DNA from: Pseudomonadota bacterium
GTDB taxonomy: Bacteria; Bdellovibrionota_B; Oligoflexia; Oligoflexales; CAIYRB01
Length of the DNA stretch: 13,241 nucleotides
Direction of reading: 5' to 3'
Assembly: GCA_031416315.1 (NCBI GenBank)
Contig: JANOTL010000059.1
Location: 1-13,241 of the forward strand
A program made the position numbers and the translations under genes. Shown here piece after piece: positions 7,729-13,241 of this stretch (its first letter is position 1; the number at the start of each line of letters is the position of its first letter). The notes beneath the pieces were generated by a model that worked only from the letters and a program-made list of their open reading frames with translations, made no database searches and was not told the origin of the DNA.

Positions 7729-9603
7729 TCACGGTTCCCGCAGTCCGAGTTGCTCTAGGTAGCGGAACAAGGTGCGTTCGCCGATGCCCAAAGCGCGCGC
7801 GGTGTCGGCGCGATGGCCTCGATGCTTTTTCAGCGCACGGGTGAGGAAGGTTTTCGTCCAATGGTCGCGGGCCTCGTTGAAGTCGCCGGCGATGTCTTCG
7901 ATGTCTTCGCGGTCCTCTCCGGTACCTTCGCCCTCGGCAGTGGCGCCGGCGCGGAAACCCAGGTCCTTTCGGCGGATCACCGGGCCTTCGGCCAAAACGA
8001 AGGCGCGGCCGACGACGTTCTCCAGCTCGCGGATGTTGCCGGGCCAGGCGAAGCTCGCCAGCGCCTGAAGCGCGTCTTGCGACCATTCCTTGTCGGTCAA
8101 GCCATGGCGCTCGGCGAAAAGGCGGCGGAAATAGTTGGCGAGGACGAGGACGTCGCCGTCGCGCTCGCGCAGCGAGGGCATGCGCACCTGCGCGCCGGCG
8201 ATGCGGTAGAAGAGGTCCTCGCGGAAGGTGCCGGTCTGCACCATCTCCTCTAGGCTGCGGTGCGTCGCGGTCACGAGGCGGAAGTTGACGGGGCGCGGCT
8301 CGCCCTCGCCGACGCGCGTGACGACGTACTCTTGCAGGACGCGGAGAAGCTTCGCCTGCAGGGACGGCGGCAGCTCGCCGATCTCGTCGATGAAGAGCGT
8401 GCCGCCGTCGGCCTGCTCGACGAGGCCGACGCGGTCGCTCAGGGCGCCGGTGAACGCGCCTTTCTTGTGGCCGAAGAGCTCGCTCTCGATCAGGGCTTCC
8501 GGCAACGCGGCGGCGTTGACGACGACGAACGGCGCCTCGCGGCGCGGCGAGAGGCGATGAATCTCCTTCGCCGCCAGCTCTTTCCCCGTGCCGGTCTCGC
8601 CGGTGATCAGGACGGCGACGTCGACCGGCGCCAGACGGCCGATCATCTCGTAGACCTTCACCAGGCTCGGCGAGGAGCCGACCATGAGGCGTCCTTGCGG
8701 GAGGCTGCCGGCCGCGGCGCTCGTCTCGCGCAGCTTCAGATGCTCGACCTGCTCGCGCAGCTGTGCCCGCTGGATGACGAGGCCGAGGACGGAGGCGGCG
8801 GCTTCGAGCGCAGCTTGCAGCTCGGGCGTCAGATCGCGGAGCAGATTCTCGAAGCCGAGGTAAAAGACGGCGACGAGCCGGCCCTCGGCGAGCACGGGAA
8901 AGCCCGCGACGCTGCGGACGCCTTTGAGGAAGACCGTGGAGTCGCCGCCGTTGCGGCCCTTTTGCCGCAGCTCGTCGGGCAGGAGCACCCGGGCGCGGTG
9001 GCGCAGGACGTCTTCGGCGAGGGCCGCGGGCATGCGCTCCCAAATTTGCTGCGCCTCGCGCGGCAGCAGGCCGAAGGCGGAGGCTAGGGTGAAGCCTTGC
9101 TGCCCGCTTTTTCCCGTCGCCAGGACGAGCATGCCGTGCAGCGCCGTGGTCCGGTTGACGACGAGGGAGAGGAATTCGTGGACGCCGTTGCGCAGGTCGA
9201 TCGTGCCGACCATCGGCTTGCCGAGCCAGGGCACGAGGGCCTGGAGCAGCTCGCCCGCGGGCGTCGCGTCGCTTTGGCTCGAAGGCTCGTGCGCGAGCGA
9301 CGTCGCGGCACTAGCGCGGACGAGCAGCCAGGTTAGGCCGACGGCCGCGACGACCGCGCCGGGCGCCAGCGTGATCTCGCGATTTTTGCCGCCTTCGCCG
9401 GGCGCGTAGATCGTCCCGCCCTGCGGCGTGAGGCGCAGGAAGACGGCCTCGCCGCCCAAGCGCGCGAGCAGGATGTCGGCGTCGTCGCTGCCGGAGACGA
9501 CGAGCGTGCGCGTCTCGACGGGGCGGCTGAGCAAGAGCTCGCCGGCCGCGTCCCAGATGACGAGGCGCCAGATCGTTTGATGATTTTGCCCGGAGCTATT
9601 CAA
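7729..9603 (-). CDS. Sigma54-dependent enhancer-binding transcriptional activator (degenerate FHA-like, GAF, AAA+, Fis-type HTH)
   Basis: Walker A GETGTGKE, intact ESELFGHKKGAFTGA, Walker B TLFIDEIGE, FREDLFYRI, WPGNIRELEN, HTH TARALGIGERTLFRYL, GAF-like VRSVAGFPVLAEGRLVAVFYL. The longest start is GTG 9642; TTG 9603 is preferred (AAGGA 8 nt upstream, overlaps the kinase stop as TTGAATAG). Confidence 0.93.
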   Translation of the reverse strand: MNSSGQNHQTIWRLVIWDAAGELLLSRPVETRTLVVSGSDDADILLARLGGEAVFLRLTPQGGTIYAPGEGGKNREITLAPGAVVAAVGLTWLLVRASAATSLAHEPSSQSDATPAGELLQALVPWLGKPMVGTIDLRNGVHEFLSLVVNRTTALHGMLVLATGKSGQQGFTLASAFGLLPREAQQIWERMPAALAEDVLRHRARVLLPDELRQKGRNGGDSTVFLKGVRSVAGFPVLAEGRLVAVFYLGFENLLRDLTPELQAALEAAASVLGLVIQRAQLREQVEHLKLRETSAAAGSLPQGRLMVGSSPSLVKVYEMIGRLAPVDVAVLITGETGTGKELAAKEIHRLSPRREAPFVVVNAAALPEALIESELFGHKKGAFTGALSDRVGLVEQADGGTLFIDEIGELPPSLQAKLLRVLQEYVVTRVGEGEPRPVNFRLVTATHRSLEEMVQTGTFREDLFYRIAGAQVRMPSLRERDGDVLVLANYFRRLFAERHGLTDKEWSQDALQALASFAWPGNIRELENVVGRAFVLAEGPVIRRKDLGFRAGATAEGEGTGEDREDIEDIAGDFNEARDHWTKTFLTRALKKHRGHRADTARALGIGERTLFRYLEQLGLREP

Positions 9604-11392
9604 GAACGATGTCCTTTGGGCTGTCGGGACCGAGCGCGACACTGGTCTGCCGCACGACTCGCGAGCCGCGCTTGATCCGCACGTCGTGCGTCCCGTAGGC
9701 CAAGCTCAAAGTTTTCTTGCTGACGACGCCGTGATCGACGCCGTCGACGTAGAGCCGGCCCGGCGTGCTCAGTTTGAGCGTATGCCGCGCTTTTTTCGGC
9801 TGCAGGTTGAAGTGGAGGCGCGTGGCCTTGCCCGCGTCGAGCTTGATCACGGTCGTCAAGGTCTCGACGCTGGGGTTTTCTAGGCGCAGCTCGTGTTTTC
9901 CCGGGGGGACGACGAACGGCGCGGCCTGAGGCAGGCGACCGATCTCCTTGCCGTCGAGGCGGACGACTGCCCAGGCGTTGGCGACGAGCTGCAGCGCGAC
10001 GTGCTCGGGGCGGGTCGGCTTGGCGACGGGGTCGGGGCTCGCGATCTTCGGCGCGCCATCGACCTGCTCTGACGGCAGGGCCAAAGGGGGCAGGAAATCC
10101 TCGATGGCGAGCAACGGGGGCGGAATCTCGGGCGAGACCGGCTGTTCGTCGACCGCGACCGCCGGCGAGACCGGACGCGGATCGGAGTCTTCGCCCAGAC
10201 GACGCTTGCCGGCGAGCATGCCGACGACGGCGAGAAGGACGACGACGGAGACGGTCCAGCCCAGGCGCGCGCCGTTGCGACCGCCGGCGGCGGCGGCGAG
10301 GGAACCGAAGAGGGCGGAGCGGCGGTGGCGTCTGCGCCTGGGGGTTGGAATGCCTTTGGTGCGGCGCAGCGGCAGGTCATCGCCTAGCGCCTGGGCCTCG
10401 GCCACGAGCTGGCGATGGTCGCGAAAGGCGTACCAAGCGGCCTTTTGCCGGGGCGGGACCCCGGAGACGACGAGAGCCGCTTCGATCTCCGTCGTGAGGG
10501 TGCGCTCGAGCTCCACGTCGGGAGTCTCGGCGTTGCCGCTGCCGAGCGTCGCCGCAAGATACTGCTCCGGCGACAGGGGCGTCAGCTTCCGCAGCAAGGC
10601 TTGGGCCCGTTGCGCGGCTTCCCGTGCGGCGCCGGCGTCCCCGGCTCCGCCCCGCTCGAAGCGCGTCAGAAGCGCGCGCGCCAGCTCGATCAGCGGCGGA
10701 TAGGCGCCGTCGAGCAGGTGATCGAGGCGTGTCCGCAGGTTCTTCTTGATGTGGCGGTAGAGCGGTAGCGGCGCCATGTCGGGCAGGACGGTCTCTCCCG
10801 TCATCAGCTCGATTTGGAGCAAGGCGGCCGAGAACAGATCGGAGTCGGTGTCCGGCGGCTCGCCTTCGAGGATGCGCGGGTCCGTATAACGCAGGGAGCC
10901 GACCATCGTCTCGCCGGTGGAGGCGCCGGGAGCAAACGCCACGCCGAAATCGATCAGCGTCACGCGCCCGTCGTTGCCGATCATGATGTTGCCGGGCTTG
11001 ATGTCCCGGTGGATCACGTTCGCTGCGTGCGCTGCCGAGAGCGCATCGTAGATTTGCGCCATGACCGCGAGCGCGGCAGCAGGAGAGAGGGGCAAAGGCA
11101 GCTGCGCCAGGCACTTGCCTTCCAACCATTCGCTGACGATCCAGACTTGGTTGTGGTGCGGCTGATGCAAGATGTCGAAGACCCGCATGATGTTCGGATG
11201 GCTGAGCGAAGCGAGCGTGCGCGCTTCTTTGAGCGCCAACACCCGTGCCCCTTCCTTTGATACGTCCAGCAAACACTTCACCGCGACCCAGCGATCGAGC
11301 TCGACGTCGCGCGCTCGGTACACCGCGCCCATGCCGCCCTTGCTAACGAACTCACAGAGCTCGTAGCGGCCGTCGGCGAGGACGTGCGGCAT
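9596..11392 (-). CDS. Hanks-type Ser/Thr protein kinase with one transmembrane helix and two C-terminal PEGA-like domains, 598 aa
   Basis: SKGGMGAVY, VAVK, alphaC Glu (KEARTL), HPNI, HRDIKPGN, DFG. TM LGWTVSVVVLLAVVGMLAG follows a basic stretch, then a Pro-rich linker and PEGA-like repeats (AVVRLDGKEIG..PPGKHELRL, LYVDGVDHG..AYGTHDVRI). Confidence 0.92.
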   Translation of the reverse strand: MPHVLADGRYELCEFVSKGGMGAVYRARDVELDRWVAVKCLLDVSKEGARVLALKEARTLASLSHPNIMRVFDILHQPHHNQVWIVSEWLEGKCLAQLPLPLSPAAALAVMAQIYDALSAAHAANVIHRDIKPGNIMIGNDGRVTLIDFGVAFAPGASTGETMVGSLRYTDPRILEGEPPDTDSDLFSAALLQIELMTGETVLPDMAPLPLYRHIKKNLRTRLDHLLDGAYPPLIELARALLTRFERGGAGDAGAAREAAQRAQALLRKLTPLSPEQYLAATLGSGNAETPDVELERTLTTEIEAALVVSGVPPRQKAAWYAFRDHRQLVAEAQALGDDLPLRRTKGIPTPRRRRHRRSALFGSLAAAAGGRNGARLGWTVSVVVLLAVVGMLAGKRRLGEDSDPRPVSPAVAVDEQPVSPEIPPPLLAIEDFLPPLALPSEQVDGAPKIASPDPVAKPTRPEHVALQLVANAWAVVRLDGKEIGRLPQAAPFVVPPGKHELRLENPSVETLTTVIKLDAGKATRLHFNLQPKKARHTLKLSTPGRLYVDGVDHGVVSKKTLSLAYGTHDVRIKRGSRVVRQTSVALGPDSPKDIVLE

Positions 11393-11492
11393 GCGCGGTG
11401 ACGATTTGGGCTCCTGGATTTCCAGAAGGCGCTCCGATGATCAAGGGGGTTCGTGATTGGGAACCGATTGTACGCTGAAAGTGCGTTGGGTC

Positions 11493-11521
11493 GTTATAGC
11501 ACGACCTGCCAGATTTGGCAG
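11493..11521 (-). promoter_or_regulatory. Candidate sigma70 promoter with extended -10 for the kinase-activator-TPR operon
   Basis: Minus strand CTGCCA (11521-11516), 17-nt spacer ending in TGc, TATAAC (11498-11493). Confidence 0.55.
11506..11521. promoter_or_regulatory. Palindromic operator/UAS copy 1: CTGCCA-GATT-TGGCAG
   Basis: Perfect 6-4-6 dyad; identical arms recur at 11639-11654. Overlaps the -35 and spacer of the kinase-operon promoter. Confidence 0.65.
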
Positions 11522-11570
11522 AGCCCCGCGCCAGCCTGACGAGGACGGCTGCCACATCCAGCATGGCCAT

Positions 11571-11583
11571 TAATCAATTGATT
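11571..11583 (-). promoter_or_regulatory. IHF-consensus site
   Basis: Minus strand AATCAATTGATTA fits WATCAANNNNTTR exactly, flanked by an AT-rich tract (~11570-11625) in otherwise high-GC DNA. Confidence 0.55.
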
Positions 11584-11638
11584 TGTATGCTGAAATTAGG
11601 CATAAAAAACAAATGCTACAAATCGTTGGCTGAATCTT

Positions 11639-11654
11639 CTGCCAAAATTGGCAG
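11639..11654. promoter_or_regulatory. Palindromic operator/UAS copy 2: CTGCCA-AAAT-TGGCAG
   Basis: Perfect 6-4-6 dyad centred ~100 bp upstream of the predicted sigma54 start site, a typical enhancer distance. Confidence 0.65.
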
Positions 11655-11718
11655 CGCGTTTAACCGGATCGTCTCGGCGCCGCTATCATTCCGGTCCGTT
11701 AGGGGTGTCACGAATTCG

Positions 11719-11734
11719 TGGCATGAATCGTGCT
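11719..11734 (+). promoter_or_regulatory. Sigma54 (RpoN) -24/-12 promoter upstream of fabG
   Basis: TGGCATG-AATC-GTGCT versus consensus TGGCACG-N4-TTGCW. GG (11720-21) and GC (11732-33) are exactly 10 nt apart. Confidence 0.7.
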
Positions 11735-11746
11735 CTATACAGTCCC

Positions 11747-12505
11747 ATGAGCATCTTAAACCTCAATTTCTCATCTCAGGTCGCGCTCGTCACCGGTGGC
11801 GCTCGTGGGATCGGGCGTGCGGTGGTCGAGACATTGGCACAGGGCGGCGCGACCGTCCTGTTCACTTATGGAGCAAGCGAGGCCCCGGCCCGTGAGCTCG
11901 AGGGCGCGATGCGCGCGGAAGGCCGGAGCGTCATCGCGACGCAGGGCGACGTCCGCGACGGCGCGGCCATGCAATCTATTATTGATATGATCGAAGCCGA
12001 GCACGGCCGCCTCGATATCCTTGTGAACAATGCCGGCATCGTCCGCGACCAGCTGATCATGGCAATGGAAGAGAAGGACTGGCTGGACGTCATCCAGACG
12101 AACCTGACCGGCGCCTATCATTGCATCAAGCCTGCGGCGCGCTTGATGATGCGCAAGCGTAAGGGCGCAATCGTCAACCTTTCGTCGATCGCCGGGACCC
12201 GACCGGGCCGCGGTCACAGCAATTACGCTGCCTCAAAAGGCGGCATCGAGGCCATGACGAAGGCGCTCGCGGTCGAGCTGTCGGCCCGCAACATCCGCGT
12301 CAACGCGGTCGCGCCGGGGATGATCGACACCGACATGAGCAAGAACGTCCGCGACCTCGCGGGCGACGAGATCCTCTCCAAGATCCTGCTGAAGCGCTAC
12401 GGCACTCCCCAGGACATCGCCAACGCCGTCGCCTTTCTCGCCAGCGACGCCGCAGCTTACGTCACCGGCACGGTTCTCCATGTAGATGGCGGAATCGGCG
12501 CCTGA
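11747..12505 (+). CDS. fabG: 3-oxoacyl-ACP reductase (FabG-like SDR), 252 aa
   Basis: TGGARGIG, NNAG, NLSS, YAASK, VAPG, LHVDGG motifs; adjacent to ACP and dehydratase-like genes. ATG 11747 chosen because earlier in-frame starts fall inside or upstream of the promoter elements. Confidence 0.92.
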   Translation: MSILNLNFSSQVALVTGGARGIGRAVVETLAQGGATVLFTYGASEAPARELEGAMRAEGRSVIATQGDVRDGAAMQSIIDMIEAEHGRLDILVNNAGIVRDQLIMAMEEKDWLDVIQTNLTGAYHCIKPAARLMMRKRKGAIVNLSSIAGTRPGRGHSNYAASKGGIEAMTKALAVELSARNIRVNAVAPGMIDTDMSKNVRDLAGDEILSKILLKRYGTPQDIANAVAFLASDAAAYVTGTVLHVDGGIGA

Positions 12506-12545
12506 TACCCCCAGTGTCCCAAACACCCCCCCGGAGGAATTTCCT

Positions 12546-12995
12546 ATGAACGTTTCCGATCGCGTCAAAGCCGTCGTCGCCGATGCTCTCTACCTCGAGG
12601 CCGACGAAGTGAAGCGTGAGTCTAACCTGATGAAAGACCTCGGCGCCGAGTCGATCGATTTCCTCGACATCGTCTTCCGCCTCGAGAAGGCGTTCTCGAT
12701 CAAGCTGCCGAAAGGCGACATCGAGAAGCGCGCGCGCGGCGGTCTTTCCGACGCCCAGTTCGCGGTGGACGGCAAGCTGACGGACGCCGCCCTCGCGACG
12801 ATCAAGGCCGCGATGCCGGAGGTGAGCCCCACGGCGCTCAAAAAAGGCCTCCTTTTGCGCGACATTCCGAGCCTCTTCACCGTCGCGACCTTCGAGCGCA
12901 TGGTGAACGAGCAGCTCTTCGGCACGCTTCCCGAAAATGAAGCGGGTAATGGTTCGGTCGTTCGGCCGGACACGTTCCCGGCATCGCGGGTGTGA
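12546..12995 (+). CDS. Long-form acyl carrier protein (GAESIDFLD type, with internal insertion), 149 aa
   Basis: GGAGGA at 12533-12538 before ATG 12546. DLGAESIDFLDIVFRLEKAF phosphopantetheine motif, then ~50 extra residues before the final FTVATF helix. Confidence 0.9.
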   Translation: MNVSDRVKAVVADALYLEADEVKRESNLMKDLGAESIDFLDIVFRLEKAFSIKLPKGDIEKRARGGLSDAQFAVDGKLTDAALATIKAAMPEVSPTALKKGLLLRDIPSLFTVATFERMVNEQLFGTLPENEAGNGSVVRPDTFPASRV

Positions 12996-13024
12996 TCACG
13001 CTTACCGGGGGGAAAGCGTGATCA
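12993..13024 (+). other. RNA stem-loop starting at the ACP stop codon (11-bp perfect stem, no U-tract)
   Basis: TGATCACGCTT (12993-13003) and AAGCGTGATCA (13014-13024) are exact reverse complements. Confidence 0.6.
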
Positions 13025-13030
13025 TGCCCC

Positions 13031-13053
13031 TGATGTAGGGGGTGATGTAGGGG
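13031..13053 (+). repeat. Tandem duplication TGATGTAGGGG(G) x2
   Basis: Copies at 13031-13042 and 13043-13053. Confidence 0.6.
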
Positions 13054-13078
13054 CGTCCTTCAAGAGAGTGGTAGGGCC

Positions 13079-13241
13079 ATGCGTTTCTTGTTCGTCGACA
13101 GAATCGAGCGAAGCGGCGGCGACGCCATCCACGGCGCCGTCCGTTTCGCGGCCGATGCTCCGCTGCGCTACCCGCGTGACGGGGGCGAAGCCGTCGTCGC
13201 GCCCGGCGCGATCTCGGAGGCGATCGGGCAGCTGGCCTCGT
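13079..13241 (+). CDS. FabA/FabZ-like hotdog-fold dehydratase-family protein, 5' part only (runs off the window)
   Basis: Not in the ORF track. Hand translation from ATG 13079: MRFLFVDRIERSGGDAIHGAVRFAADAPLRYPRDGGEAVVAPGAISEAIGQLAS. Shows the FxxVDRI and PGxxxEAxxQ patterns of FabZ/FabA, directly after fabG and acp. Confidence 0.8.
   Translation, partial: MRFLFVDRIERSGGDAIHGAVRFAADAPLRYPRDGGEAVVAPGAISEAIGQLAS

Noticed and set aside
7724..9043. 439-aa Arg/Pro-rich minus-strand ORF, and similar ones such as 3566..4564 and 10377..11276
   Set aside because: Alternate-frame ORFs inside well-supported genes. The main frames are uninterrupted, so no frameshift or overlapping gene is needed.
11515..11895. 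126-aa plus-strand ORF, 72-aa minus ORF 11352..11570, and the extended fabG start at 11648
   Set aside because: They run through AT-rich promoter and operator elements, have atypical codon use and show no motifs.
12526..12532. C7 run just before the ACP Shine-Dalgarno
   Set aside because: Too short, and outside coding or promoter spacers, to argue for phase variation.

Overview
High-GC bacterial DNA from a Gram-negative organism; gene content looks Myxococcota- or Bdellovibrionota/Oligoflexia-like (inference). Six minus-strand genes lie in three apparent transcription units, each with a candidate sigma70 promoter: (i) Ser/Thr kinase-TM-PEGA, then an FHA-like/GAF/AAA+/HTH sigma54 activator, then an exported TPR-like protein; (ii) a double pseudo-receiver/TPR protein; (iii) a lipoprotein with a beta-rich domain and ricin-B lectin, overlapping a vitellogenin/MTP-N-terminal-like HEAT protein. 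On the plus strand is the start of a fatty-acid cluster: fabG, a long ACP (GAESIDFLD type) and a truncated FabA/FabZ-like gene. The 354-bp divergent spacer holds a correctly spaced sigma54 -24/-12 element, two CTGCCA-N4-TGGCAG palindromes, a consensus IHF site midway between them, and a sigma70 promoter overlapped by one palindrome. Main leads: a possible two-gene 'split' vitellogenin-like lipid-transfer system with a lectin domain, and a possible kinase-to-sigma54 circuit controlling a specialised (very-long-chain) fatty-acid cluster. No RNA genes, CRISPR or mobile elements were seen. All family calls come from reading motifs by eye; no searches were run.
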